Positions 12,259 to 58,684 of a DNA stretch of 64,000 nucleotides are shown here, piece by piece. Position numbers and translations under genes: made by a program. The stretch covers positions 6,200,001 through 6,264,000 of the forward strand of contig CM022676.1 of NCBI GenBank assembly GCA_012295275.1, given 5' to 3'. The notes below the pieces were generated by a model. It made no database searches, had not been told where the DNA came from, and was given only the letters and a program-made list of their open reading frames with translations. Positions within the stretch are counted from its first letter, which is position 1, and every line of letters begins with the position of its first letter. This stretch comes from Chrysomallon squamiferum. Its lineage: Eukaryota; Animalia; Mollusca.

Positions 12259-13630
12259 ATAGTCCTTACTACAACCGGATCAGGATAAAACTATAGTCCT
12301 CCTGGAACCAGATGAATATAAAACTTCAGTCCTCCTGCAACTACATGAATATCAGACTATAGTCCCTGGTCCTCCTGCAATCAGATGAATATAAAACTTC
12401 AGTCCTCCTACAACCAGATGAATATCAGACTATAGTCCCTGGTCCTTCTGCAACCAGACGAATATAAAACTATAGACCTCCAACCAGATGAATATAAGAC
12501 CACAGTTCTTTTCCAACTAAATAAATATTAGACCATATGGTCCTCCTAAAACCAGAATGAAAATGAATAACACAACTTTCACAAACCAATTCAATAAAAA
12601 AAAATCATGAATACGACTTGTAATAACAACAGCAACAACAAAAAGGGTCTCTCTTTGACTTCTGAAACAAAATTATTCTAATTCATGAAAAAATTATAAT
12701 TCTAGCCTTCAAGCCATACAAAACAGCAATCCTGTTCTTATTCAGCCATGTTGTATTGGATTTATGAATATCCAAGATTTATTCATGATAAAAATAAGAC
12801 AGCCCTCTTTTGATACATTTTGTTTGAATCATGAAAATTACACAATTCAGTTCTCGTGTAAAACAAATTTTAGTGGATACAAAATTTCAAATTTCTTGAA
12901 TCAGTGAAGGGAAATTATGAAAATTAAGACTCTTATTACAGTTCTCACCTCAATAAAATTATGAAAATTATTACCATAGTTGTTCTTACCCAAATAAATT
13001 ATGAAAATCATGTTACTCTGCCCTCATAAAAGAATTAATAAATCTTGAAAATTCCTCCTAAAATCAAAATTTTGTAAAAATTATTATTATAGTCCTCATA
13101 TGAATAAATCATGAAAATTATGAATAAAGTCTTCACATCAAGAAATTGTGAAGATTACTGCTGTAGTTCATGAAATTGTTATAGTCCCCACATCTATAAA
13201 TCTTGAATATTATTATTATTATAGTCCTTACATGAATAAATCATGAAAACAATGACTATAGTCCTAACAACTATAAACTGTTAAAATTATGAATGTAGTC
13301 CTCATGAAAATCAGATTATACTTGGTCCTCCTAAAACCAGTAAATCATGAAATTACTTTAGTCCCCATATCAGTAAATCATTAAAATGATGACTACAGTC
13401 CTCATATCAATAAATCATAAAAATTGTGACTATTGTTCTGCTTAAAATGATCAATCTTGAAAATTATTGTTACAGACTTCACATTAATAAATCAAGGAAC
13501 ATTGTGACTACAAGTCATCCTAAAATAAAAAAAAAAAAAAAAAATTCCTGAAAATTATGACTAAATCTTCCTGACATGAATAAATCCTGAAAATAAGATA
13601 ACACAGTCCTAGTCCTCTTCTTCAAAATAA
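12259..13630. repeat. Degenerate minisatellite, about 33-37 nt unit
   Basis: agtcctcctgcaaccagatgaatataaaactat units at 12259-12560, decaying to agtcctcatatcaataaatcatgaaaattatgactat-like units at about 12940-13630. Confidence 0.8.
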
Positions 13631-14239
13631 CAATGAATTATGGACAAACAATTAACAATTTTAATCAGATCAGTAACACTTGGGCCACACAAAGTTACAA
13701 GTATGACATATGATTCACGAAATATTGGCAAATTTTCTTCACTGAAATGCATTTGAATTATTATTATAAACCATACAAAGAAGAAGAATGATGAATAAGA
13801 AATGGTAACGTTACAAATTTTCACACCAATCACATCTGGATTATATAAAAAAAAAAAAATAATAATAATAATATTCTGTAGTACACTAAATCAAAATTAA
13901 GTATCAAGAACTGAATCTTTTATTGGCACTAATTGTTTAAAAAAAAAAAAAATTAATTACAATTCGTTAATTATATTTTCGGCTTTTTCGTTATTGCACT
14001 GTGATTACAAACAAATTATGCATAAACCTGAAATATGAGTAAATGCAAGTGTTTTGTGTATAATCGTTGTATGTGTAAATGTGTTTGTGTGTGTAGATGT
14101 ATGTTTTGCATGTCTGTATATATATATACATGAATGTGTGTGGATAGATATGTGTTTTTGTGTATTTGTGTGCTGTCCACAGGTGTGTATATGTATATTT
14201 TTGTACATTTGTGTTTGTGTTATATATGTGTCTGTGTGA

Positions 14240-14284
<45 letters not shown>

Positions 14285-15823
14285 GACACGTAGTCAAGTA
14301 TTCATGTGTATTGTACATTTCATATAAATATATCTGTGTGTGATTTATCGTTTGAGAAAATTTTAATTTTTTCAAAGAATAGTATGTATGTAGCAGTAAA
14401 TAAATTCTGTGTTTTACATGGAGGACTGAGGTAAAAAAAATAAAGAATTAAAAAAAAAAAAAAAATTTAAAAAAAGAATTAAGAAAATAATAATAATAAC
14501 CTAATAATTAACAAACCTGTTAATTAATGATTTAAAAATAATTAACAATTATTATTAATTACATACAGAGATAAAGTATAAGTATGTAATATATTAAAAA
14601 TAATTGTCCTTTATTTATTAACTTACTAATTATTATTATTGTAGGTAATTTTATTTATCTATTTAGTTGGGTTTTTTTTTTTTTTTCTGAAAATAACTGC
14701 CAAGAAAGGAAAAAAAGAATAAAAAAATGAAATGATAACACTTGTGTAATGGGAAATTGATTTTTAAATAAATAAATAAATAAATAGAACAAAAGCAACA
14801 AATGTGAAAAAAGATAAAATTAAATATAAATATTCTTTAATTCTCAATATTATCTAAAAAAAAATAAAAAAAAATTTAAAAATAATAATAATAAAAAAAA
14901 AGAAAGAAAAAAAAAATTATAATACAAAATAATATTGATTTCTGTTGTCCAATCCAGTTTACAGAAATGGCTATCATAAACAATAACAAAATGAAAATAA
15001 AATGTTTTCGATGTCTCATGGATTCAGTTTACGCAAAAAATAAAAATTAGATTTCTGATAAACAATGTGATGTCCAAAAAAAATAAAAAAATAAAAAAAT
15101 TAAAAAATGGGACTTGCATTTCATTGTCACTAAGTAATAACAAAAATGGAAACAAAATAAACTGAATAAATCTTTAAAATTACACATTTATAATTTATTA
15201 TTTGAAATTCTGAAAAGATTACAAAATAAAATTTTGGAGTAAAGTTTTACTTGTAAAGTTATGTAAATCAAGTTTAGTTTGAATAAGTATATATTTTTTT
15301 GTTTAATTTGAATAAAACGTTTTAGATTAATTTGAAAAAATATAATTACAAGTTTTTATTAATGTTTTTTTTTTTATTTAGTTTAATCTAATTTGCTTGT
15401 GTAATAATTTTGCTTAATGTTTTTTTTTTTCTTTTTAATAAATCATAAAGATTATTATTATTATTATTATTTTAGAGATAGAGAATAGTAATAAATAATA
15501 AAAGTAAATAAATAAGCATTTAAATAAGTAATAAATAAATAAATATTAATAATTCAGTTCCTCTTTCATGTATGCAATAATCTGAGTGTCTGATCACATT
15601 TTTATAATTACTTTATACTTATAGTAACAAAAATAAAAATAAAAATAAATAATAATAATAATAATAATTTCTTTGCAGAATCCCACCCCTTCTCTTAAAT
15701 AAATTAGCACAATGGAAACAGAAATTGAATCTTCAGTTCTGGAATATTATGATAGATTATGGAGTATATTTTATTTTTTCTTCTTCTTTTTTTCAGATCA
15801 GAGCAGCCATATTGAAAGCAGTG

Positions 15824-48035
<32,212 letters not shown>

Positions 48036-48845
48036 CTGGACAACTTGCTTTTAGATTACCAGAATGACACTTCAAATGTTTTTGTTTTAATCCTGACTGT
48101 AAATTCTGTAATTCAGGAACTGAAATTTAGATCGGCCAATCTCTTCCGGTAGTCGTTCTTTGATGTCCAATAAATTGACCACCATATATTGTTGTAGTTC
48201 AGTTTAGATTGTTACACCATAATAAATATGACAACATAATTTAAACATTAAAGAAATTATAAATAATTTCATTTTCTAAACAAAAACACTGTTTACTTCG
48301 TCCAAACATCATCCAAGAATAACAACCAATTATGTTTTTGAGTTACGCTACTAAAGGCTACATACCACGCAGGTTTGGTAGCAGTCAATAATAAGAATTG
48401 TGTGAAAATATTGATTTGCGGTAACGTAGAAAGTTGATTAAATAAAGTGTACCGACCTGGCCAGTATCTATACCAAATATTTTTCGATCGATATAAAATT
48501 CACCGTATTTAGCAAATACCCCATTTAATATTTAAATCACACAATTTATTTATCTTAATGTCTGATAACACAAGGCTTCGTAAAAATAAAAATAAAATTT
48601 TTAAGTTATAACTATTTTCGAAATAATAATTATATTTAAATATATCTATAAGTGTTATTTACTAACTTTGTCAGCGGTTACTTGTCAAAATATTTATTAT
48701 CAAACTAATACTTGAAGAAATAATCAAAGAAACAAGTTGCAAACGTTATATTATAGACAAAAAAATATTTGACAGTTTATTGTTTTCTTCTTTTTAAAAA
48801 AAATATTCAACACAATTACATATTTAAAATAAAAAGTAATTATTT

Positions 48846-48906
<61 letters not shown>

Positions 48907-49043
48907 GCTATACTAGGCAAAAATTATTTCTCTTGGCTCTCTCAAGGAAACGGTGGAATTTAAATTAACGTACCAATTTAAGGCGGGGATCTTGATCTGC
49001 AATGAATTTACGAAGATTATATGATCATTGATCATTGTTAATA
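48036..49043. promoter_or_regulatory. Candidate bidirectional promoter Aster/HUS1
   Basis: Divergent ATGs at 48035 and 49044; CCAAT at 48136 and 48167, ETS CTTCCGG at 48143-48149, GC-box-like AGGCGGGG at 48981; CpG-enriched relative to flanks. Confidence 0.55.
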
Positions 49044-50362
49044 ATGAAATTTCGCGGAAAGCTAATTGATTTTGAATGCATTCAACACTTTACACGTTTG
49101 TATTTCTGTTGTCATTACTATTTGATTTATCGCTTAAATGGCCATTGCCATACTTTAACAATTCCCCCTTGGATTGGAATTGACATTTCTGATTTGATCA
49201 ATTCATGAGTTTTGTTTTCATCATAAATTTCATGAATTTGTGATTTGCATATTACGCAATTTGGTGTATACAGATTACAAAATAAATGGTATAAATGGTA
49301 ACTTTAATATTAAGTCAAAGTGTCTGCCATTGTTATTAATATTTTTTGTCATTTAATTTATCATTTTTAGCTGTAGACACGTTTTAACTTTTATGTTCAT
49401 TATTTACTTAAATTACTGAATATCACTTTCTTAACGTAGCCAGTTAGTATAGAAATTACAGTGCTTAATATTTTATTGAGATTTTTAAATAAAAAATTTT
49501 GACAGAAATAATTTAGTTTCTTTCTTACCACTGCTGTTAAATTAATACATAATAGTATTATCATTTATCGTTCTAAAAATAAAAATCAAGCATTGCGAAT
49601 AAACTAGGCTATATCTGTGAGAGCAGATGGTTAAAAATATAAATAATAATGTTTAATACATTTAATATTTATATATAATTATGTGAAATATTAATTATAA
49701 TTTTTAATTTAATTTAATTTTTTATTATTATTATTTTTATTTTTTTTCAGGTACTTTGGCTACTGTCTCAAAACTGATAAAGACATGTGTGCTGAGAATT
49801 ACATCTGACAAATTTTATTTCATTTTGTCAGAAAAGGCAGTGAATGGAGGAGTTCAGATATGGTGTGAATTACCACAGGTACAGTTAGGTGGCCATTATT
49901 AATAAATTTGCAGTAACATCTTGTAATACTGATATTTTTAATCCAGCAAATGTTAGACATATTTTCTAATATAAATTTATGATACTTATAAACATATATA
50001 CACATATAACATATACACATATACACTCGTAACACATATGAATTAATGTTCATGATTAGTTAGGTGGCCATTATTAATAAATTTGCAGTAACATGTTGTA
50101 ATACTGATTTTTTTAACCCAGCAAATGTTAGACATATTTTCTAATATAAATTTATGATATATATATATATATATATACACACACATAATATATATACGCA
50201 TATTCACTCCTATACATATGTGTTAATGTTCATGATTAGTTAGGTGTATATGGAAAAGAATGGATTAGGTGAGATATGGGAAATTTATTATAAATGCATT
50301 TCAGCAATAATTTTAATAAAAATGACTGTTCTTTAGTATTAATGTATTGCATAAAATAATCA

Positions 50363-50394
<32 letters not shown>

Positions 50395-53392
50395 GACAGA
50401 GAAAATAAATAAAAAATTATAATTATTATATTTTTTCTATCATTTTCAGAGTCATTTTTTTGATGAATATGCAATGGAAGGTGTTTCACCAGAGTCCAAT
50501 GAAATATTTTTAGAATTTATCCCAGAAAATCTGCTAAGAGCATTGAAAACTGCACAGAATGCGAAGTGGGTGAAAATCAAACTGACCAAGAAACACTGTC
50601 CCTGTTTAACCGTTGAAGTTGATTTGGTAATTATTTGAAAAAATCAGCACACACAGAGACACACATACACTAACATACACAGACACAGAGAGAGAGATAC
50701 CAAAACCATTTACACTGCTTTCAGAAAAAAGCATGCACACAGAAAGAGTGCAGAAATTTAATATGATCAAATTCCAAAGGATATTCAGTCTACTTGTTAA
50801 AAATCTATTTCACTTAAAACAACATCATTGAACATGCTTTGCTTAAATAAAGGGAAGAAAGAAAAAAAAAACCAAAAAAAACCCCTCTTCTATTGATTTA
50901 TATTTTAAATTATAGGATCATTTCAGGATCATTCAATCAGTTTTATTCGTGTCAAAGAGGAATTCAGCCAAACAGTGCATCTTTTTTTTTTTTTTTCTCA
51001 CGATTGTTTAGCAAATGGCTACTTTGTGACTCATTCTGTTTTTTTGTAGCCGACGATAGGATCATATCAGAGGTGTGTGTCACATGACATCCCTGTCAAC
51101 GTTGTGCCACGAAGACACTGGTGCGACTTTGAAGAACCAGAGATGCCTAATTTTGATGTATGATTTTAATTTAATAATAATTTAGTTTTTATATTAAAGG
51201 AGTTTTCGAAACAAGCTTTTAAGTGTGGCAGTAATGTTTATGAAAATGTTGTGGGCATTTTTGTTTTTTGTGTTTTTTTACAAATGTAGTTTCTGGGATA
51301 TTTTCAGTTGTTATAGCAGTTATTTATTAACATCATCATCATCATTATTATCATTAAAACAAATTTATTCATCTTTATATTTATTATTATCATTATTGTT
51401 AGTATTAGTATTGTTTAGCCATCAATATACTTTTTATTTTTGATCATGTTTTATTATTTGATAATGCTATATGCCTAGATGTTTTATTTAGACATTTTAT
51501 TTCATTTTTATCTTATTCTTTATTTTCAACTGGAATCACTGGCATCATTATAATATTATCATCATCATCATCATTATTGTTATCATTTTTTTTTATTATT
51601 ATTATCATCATTTTGTTTTTCATTATTATTATTTTATTTTTTTCTTTCCAAACATCCTGCATATAATTTTTAAGATTTTTAAAAATTTAATTAGGTTTGA
51701 TTTCAGTACAACAACAAGTGCTAACATTTGTACTGTGTTTTTCAGGTCAGTATTGCAATGCCTCAGCTCAAACTGCTGAAAAATGTCATAGATAAGATGA
51801 AAAATCTTAGCAATTTTATGGTTTGTACAACTTAAATATTTATTATTTGCATTATGTCTTATATATATATATATACATACATTAATGTTTCGAAGCCTTG
51901 TACATAAATATGCACTAACAATACCTGTTCCTCTCTGTTTAGATTTAAAATTTTAATAATGTTTATTTTTATGTAGTTTTCTAGAAATTATCTGCTTTCA
52001 GGCAGAGAACTGTTGTTATGAAAGTTTATTGTAGTTAAAAAAATAATTTTTGCTAAAAAATTATTTTCAAGCGATAATTTGAAAAGACAGTTTTGACAAT
52101 GATTAATTAATAAATAAAAGTTTATAAAACAAAATGCTAGTTGAATATGATATGAATGTGGTTATAATGAAAATATTTCCATGACATTTAAATCATTCAT
52201 CCCCAGATTTCATAATTTGAAATTAAAAAAAAGTAATATATATATCAAAGTTTAAAAGAAAAGAATTTTGAAAATCTTATATTGATCTCTTCTATAACTT
52301 CCTTAATGTCTATAAATATGTAAAATAAAACAAAAAATAAAAATGGTGTCTGCTTCAGATTCTGTCAGCCAATCAGAGTGGAGACATGAAATTAATGGTG
52401 GAAACAGACATGGTGTCAGTTAGCACACATTTTCAAGATCTTCTTAACCCAACATGGCGTAAGTTAAATTTCTCATAGTTCAGTGGGTTTTTTTTAAATT
52501 ATTATTTTATAACTAACATTTTCATTCACACGTTTTCTTATTTCAGGGTTCATTCTTTTTATTTTTGAAGTATTTCTAAAAAAAATTCTCCTAGGCCATC
52601 TTTTCCTTTCCAGCCTTGTAAGATTGTAAATAATTTTTATTTACTGTGCATTTTGAGTGAAAGATAATAGAAACTTGAGGTTAATTATTTTTATTGCTTC
52701 TAAAATGCTTATTGTGTTATCATCACTTCTTGAAGCATTGATATAGAGTTTAGAAGTTTTATCTATTACTGTTTTTGAGAACATATATATAAAAAACAAC
52801 AACATTTGAATTATTTATTTTGTAACAAAAAACTCATATTTTATGTATTAATTATTTGTTAATGTGATTAAGAATGAGAATATCAAACATTTATAAAAAC
52901 AGCCAAGATAATGTATCCATTTTTCAACATCAGAAAAAAATGTAAGTTGAGTGTTTTCAAAGTTTCTTAAATAAAATCACCTTATTTGTCTGTCATGGTT
53001 ATTCATGCTGACATTTTTATCACCTTCAGTTTGTTTTCCTGTAAGATTATGCTTATTATAATATGTCCATTGGTAATTCTTGCTGACGTTTTATCATTTT
53101 CAATTTGTTTTCCTGTAAGATTATGCTAGCCACACAAACAACTAAGGATCTTAAAATTAATTTTTTTTAATCTATGAGGATTAGCTTAAGCTCCAGGCCT
53201 TCAGTGTGTGAAAAGAAACCATTACCCACTACATCATTGCTTGTCTTTTGTCTTGTAAAAGAATATATAAATATTTGCTCCTTCCCATAGACAGGATGAA
53301 ATGACTAAATGTTAATCAACTAGATGTTAGAATTATTTTATTTTATTTTATTTTTTGTTTATTTTATTTTATTATATTTTATTTTTTTTTAT

Positions 53393-53428
<36 letters not shown>

Positions 53429-54144
53429 CTTTTTTATTTCATTTTATTTTCTTTTTTTTTGTTTTGTTTTGTTTTTGAGGTTTGTGTAAGAGAAAACCCA
53501 CTTTATCTATTTTTGCATTTGATATTTTTATTTGATATTTTTAATTTTTTGAAATTACTTTTCACTTTTGCAGGACGTGAGGATGGAGGGTCGCAAGCAA
53601 TGGGGGACAGAGATGATCACGAGTTCGCTCATGCACGAATTGACCTCAGAAGGTTTTCTCAGTTTCTGGCAGGTCAACAAGTGAACCCAACACGAGTTAT
53701 ATGTAGTATGTACATCAGTCTTTATGTTTTTAAATTTCATCGTTTGTTATTGTGAACATTATTTTATATTAATTCACAACAGTTAGGTTCATGATAATGT
53801 AGTCTCTCTTCCCTGATATTTAAAACAATTTTTTTTTAATTATTTTTTATTATTTGCTTTGCTTAATTGTAATTTAATTCACAATTGTTTAATCCGATAC
53901 TATTTACTAAATTAAAAGATAGCACAAGTTACTAAATTAGCTGTTTTATCATTTTTATTAAAACAATGGTTAATTTAACTATAATGTTTATTTTTATCAA
54001 CTTTGTATCATTTATTTTGTTAGTTAATTATCTGTTATATATTCATGGACTTAAATGTTATTTATATTGTCATTTTTGTTCCATTGTTAATTAATTCTCA
54101 GTTATATATTTATAGCTATTAATTTTATTTTATATATATATATA

Positions 54145-54189
<45 letters not shown>

Positions 54190-54702
54190 GTCTGTTTTGT
54201 TCAGTTGTAAATTAATTCAGAAATCAATTAACAAAACATCAGTTAATAAATAAAATGAGAAAAATTTTTTTTTTTTTAATTCTAATTTTAAATTTATCAT
54301 TTAAAAAGTAATTGTGTATTTAATTTTATGAAAATAATTTTAAAAAGCCCCAAATAAAACAGCATTCTTCAACTAAACTGAGAAAAGATAGCTTTTTTTT
54401 TTGTTTTGTTTTTTATTTAATTTCTAATTTTAAATTTATAAAATAACATTGTTTTTATTTAATGAGAACATTTTGGTCCAGTTATTTTTTTTTTTAAATT
54501 CTTAATTTTAATTCACGACCTATAAAGGCAATTATGTGTTTAATTTTACGAAAATAATTTTACCAAAAAAAAAAAATCAAAAACGTCAGTTAACAAACTG
54601 AACTGTTATTTTTCAGATATTGTAAGCAACAAGACTGTCCACTTCTACGTCATGCACGATGATGTTTCTTTACAGTATTTCATGCCAGTGGTGTCTTCCT
54701 GA
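49044..54702 (+). CDS. HUS1: Checkpoint protein HUS1 (9-1-1 clamp), 285 aa
   Basis: Exons 49044-49095, 49751-49878, 50450-50626, 51050-51157, 51746-51820, 52359-52458, 53574-53705, 54617-54702 (858 nt, all GT-AG). MKFRGKLID..., [48 protein letters not shown] match HUS1 throughout. Confidence 0.97.
49884..50245. repeat. Direct tandem duplication (about 175 nt x2) in HUS1 intron 2
   Basis: gttaggtggccattattaataaatttgcagtaacat... occurs at 49884 and 50059. Confidence 0.92.
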
Positions 54703-54903
54703 TGCTGTTTTATTGGAAATACTGTTATGTTGAAAGACTGGAATCCTGTATTAATATTTATTACTGCACTGACAGTAATCCATATCCTGCTGTCTTGTAT
54801 ACAGTTTATATAGAACTTGAGTTTAATGATAGACTGGTTTTACAAGAGTCTTCCATGGTTACAGTTTTAGACATGAAGTAATTTGGAACATTAAATTAAC
54901 TTA

Positions 54904-54941
<38 letters not shown>

Positions 54942-54957
54942 TATCAAACTTTGTTAT

Positions 54958-55020
54958 TAACTCAATTCATGGAGCAAAATATTCTCACACCAAGGATCCT
55001 GGTTCAAATCCTCTCGCCAG
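54958..55020 (+). mobile_element. Degenerate tRNA-derived SINE head
   Basis: B-box-like GGTTCAAATCC with a decayed A-box-like taactcaatt upstream; no full cloverleaf. Confidence 0.3.
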
Positions 55021-55252
55021 AAAGTTGAATAAATATTAATGGATGTATAACAAAATATTCAGTGATTGTGTGGACCGTGGATTATAGATTTGCAGAAGAA
55101 AAGAATAAAAATGACCTCTCCCTTCCAAAAGAAATGGAAAAAGGAATCCTGTTTAATGAAGATTTATGTGCATTAAAAAATGTAAATAGAACATAAAAAT
55201 ATATTGTTTGGCAATAAACAAGTATATATATATATATATATATATATAAATA

Positions 55253-55929
55253 CAGTGGTACCTTGACATGAGTTCAATTCGTTCTGTGACTAGCTCGTAT
55301 CTCAATTTGCTCATATATCAAATTAATTTTCCCAACTGAAATTAATCGAAATACTGTTAATCCATTCCAGCCCATAAAAACCACCTTTTTTTTTTTTTTT
55401 TTTTTTTTTGTAAAGTGTTTTTAAATAAGAAATGACAAATACTGTATAAAAACAAAATAAAAGAGTATGTAAAGAAATAAACTGGTTTTGTAAATTTGAT
55501 TTATCTTGAAGATCAGACAAATTATTTTAACGCCTTTGGCTTGAGTTACAGCAGTTATCGACACATATCGTGGAAGTACTACGCTCGTACTGCCTAGCCA
55601 AGTCTGCAACATGTTTTTCTATGAATTCAAGCTTTAATTCAATGGACATCATCCGCTTCTTCTTCTCAGCACTGTCCTTCGCACTCGCTTTTTTGGGATC
55701 CATGGCCAGAAAAAAAGAAATTTGGCAATATACTGCAAATACTGTACAAAACGCGAGCACGACACAACAGAGCTGCTTCCGCGGATAGGGAACCAAGTGA
55801 AGTAAACGAGTGAGGTGCGGAATGCTGGGCGGATGTTACGACGTTCGTTGCGCCAACTTGCGGCGGCCTATCTGAAGCTCGCTCGTAACTCGGATTTTGG
55901 CTCGCAGCTCAAAATAACTGAAAATTTCG
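55253..55929 (-). mobile_element. Non-autonomous Tigger/pogo DNA transposon (internal deletion; one end truncated)
   Basis: TA|CAGTGGTACCTTGAC terminus; remnant MDPKKASAKDSAEKKKRMMSIELKLEFIEKH...VADLARQYERSTSTIC (CENP-B-type N-terminal HTH) from 55703 on -. Confidence 0.9.
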
Positions 55930-56160
55930 TTTTGTCTAAAATATTGTCTAAGAGAATAAATAAACATGTGGCACATCGCGGATATATGATTTTATTTTTT
56001 TATTTTAAATTTGTCTTTTCATTCGGATTCAAACATTATACAAGAAGAAAAAAACACGAGATGTTACTGATGACTCTAGTGTTTACTCACAAATCTAGGC
56101 CAACTCAAAACCACGTAAAACAACCAAAAAAGATCATGTATTATTAACCCTAAGTCCATG

Positions 56161-56350
56161 TACAGGTACCGGACCAGTTATCCGGCGTCCGGAAAAAACC
56201 GGAAAGACCAGAAAACCGGAAGTTTTTTCCCGACGCTATTTTCATAGATCGCGCGCATGGGTGTTGTCCTCACCAGACCGGAGCTACTCTTTTAAGCCGC
56301 GTGGCGTTCGTTCACTCGCCGCATTGTGTACGTGTCGAGTCGCCACAGTT
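56161..56350 (+). other. CpG-rich island with repeated CCGGA motifs (MITE end or promoter)
   Basis: TA-CAGG start followed by five CCGG motifs within 60 nt; no partner TIR found by eye. Confidence 0.35.
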
Positions 56351-56656
56351 GTGAATCGTCAATTTTCTTTATGTTTTTCATTTTAAAATGTTTATTCCTA
56401 ATTATGTACGTGTGTGTGTGTGTGTGTGTGTACTTATTTATTATTAAAACATCGACTCTAAAAGTAACTTCACAGATGTCATCAGTAACATCAAAAACAG
56501 GATGCCGATTTGAAAAAGTGTCAGTTATATTATTATAGAGATCGTAAAAATCGTTTTCGTTCATTTGTCCCACTTAACATATGACCTTGACTAAAATTCT
56601 ATATGTATGTGATGTTCGGTTTTCCAAAACCCGTGTCACAGCTTCTGACTTCATCT

Positions 56657-56687
<31 letters not shown>

Positions 56688-58177
56688 AATTTCTTAGCAC
56701 ACTATGAACGATTGGTAGCATGTTTTGTATACACAGAGAGAAACTCGTACATACATTACAGTTATATGCCACTTTTTGTATTTGTTTTGCATAACCATAC
56801 TACTTTTCAATTTATATTTCTTTTTAGTATTGAGGAAGCTGTTTTTGTCATTGTTCCAGGCCCAGCACTGACCTGGTTTATGACACAACAAGTCGTTCCT
56901 GTGTCATTTATTTCTTAGTACTGGCACCGTCATTAAAAACACATCTGACACTTGCGCTATGAAAGATCAAAGGCATGTATTGAACAAAAGGAGAGAGATC
57001 CATACATTCATATATATATATATGCATACATGCATCCACATACATTATACATGCATTAACACTAGCTTACATTCAGGAAGAAATAAATAACCAAGAAGAG
57101 TATAAATGTTCGTAGCCTGTTTCACTGTTTGTACCACCAGTGCCGATCTTTACCAAGAAACAAACATTAACTTGGAGGTGGACAGATTTATTCAGGCTAA
57201 TATCAATAAAAACGCGGTTCAATAAAAATCATCAAAAGAATCAATTTATGACGCGTACAACCACAAATATATTGATAGGAAACTAAACATTAATTTAGAA
57301 ATGTACAAATATGTTTTAAACTATTTGTATTATCAAAGATACGTTTTGACAAAACTAAAATGTAAAAAAGCACAATTAAAACAATAACAGGTATATCAAC
57401 AAAAAAAAAAAAAAAATAATTTGGAGCATACTAAAATTTAAATTTTTTAACAATAAAAGATTCACATGAACAAGAAAGCACTTGAACAATTCAAACATAC
57501 AGACTGTTTGTACCTTTTTCAAAGAAGCATTTTAAAAGGGACAAATATTAGCATAGTGGTATTGAAATACGCATAACAAGAATAAAAAAGAAATAAAATT
57601 GAAACATTTGTAAAGACTATTTATATCAAGAAAAGATAAACTTCAAATACTTTTCTTGTCGTTGCCTTTTAGAATTCCAGTCATAATCTCAGAAGCTATC
57701 TTTATCTTGTCAGCCATACTATAAAATAAGTTAGTGACTGATCAAGAACCTTCTCTTGAAAACATCTTCCTACAAAGGTAACATTTGAAATTTTTCTCCT
57801 TAGATTAATATATGATCTTCCATTTGTCAAATTTTAGCAAAACCTTTGGAACAATTATCACAAACAGAATGGTTTTTTTTAGCTTTCTTGCATTTAAATT
57901 TTCTGTCTACGTGTTTTCTGTCTGGTTTACGTCCATAAACTTTAGAAGGTTTGTATTTTTCTTTATCAACATTCTTAGTTTCAAAATTTTCATTATATTC
58001 AACTTTAGAAACAGATGATATTCGTAATCTGTTATTTTCATTACGTGCTGATTCAGATGACATTTTCATTGTTACTACCTGGAATACAAATTTTTGTTTT
58101 ATTTTTTAATGAATTACAGAAATATTCATGCCAAACATAATGTACATTCAACAATTAAATGTAACTGTTGCTTAATG

Positions 58178-58224
<47 letters not shown>

Positions 58225-58420
58225 CCCTCTGTTTAAAGGATCTCTGTTTGCCGGATTTCGAAATTCCAGGACAAATCTTGGAAAAACGTCCGATAGATTT
58301 CACTGCTTTTTAGTTCGTTTTCTATCCACCTATCTATCCATCTATCTATCTATATTTGAGCAAAACAGCTGCTTCTTCCTGATACATATCTATATATATC
58401 TGTCTATGTCTATCTCTATT

Positions 58421-58454
<34 letters not shown>

Positions 58455-58507
58455 CATATCTATTTGAGCAAAACAGTTGCTTCTTCCTGATACATATCTG
58501 TCTATGA

Positions 58508-58540
<33 letters not shown>

Positions 58541-58541
58541 A

Positions 58542-58581
<40 letters not shown>

Positions 58582-58684
58582 AAGCAGCAACTGTTTTGTG
58601 TACTATACAGGCAGGTTTTCTTGGGTGTTGGTTAGGAGGACGACAAAGAAGCGTTGAAGACAGAAAAACCTTTCAAAATCAGAC

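Noticed and set aside
54703-54813. HUS1 stop readthrough into a hydrophobic 36-aa tail
   Set aside because: TGA-T context; T-rich UTRs give hydrophobic frames by chance; no SECIS-like element seen.
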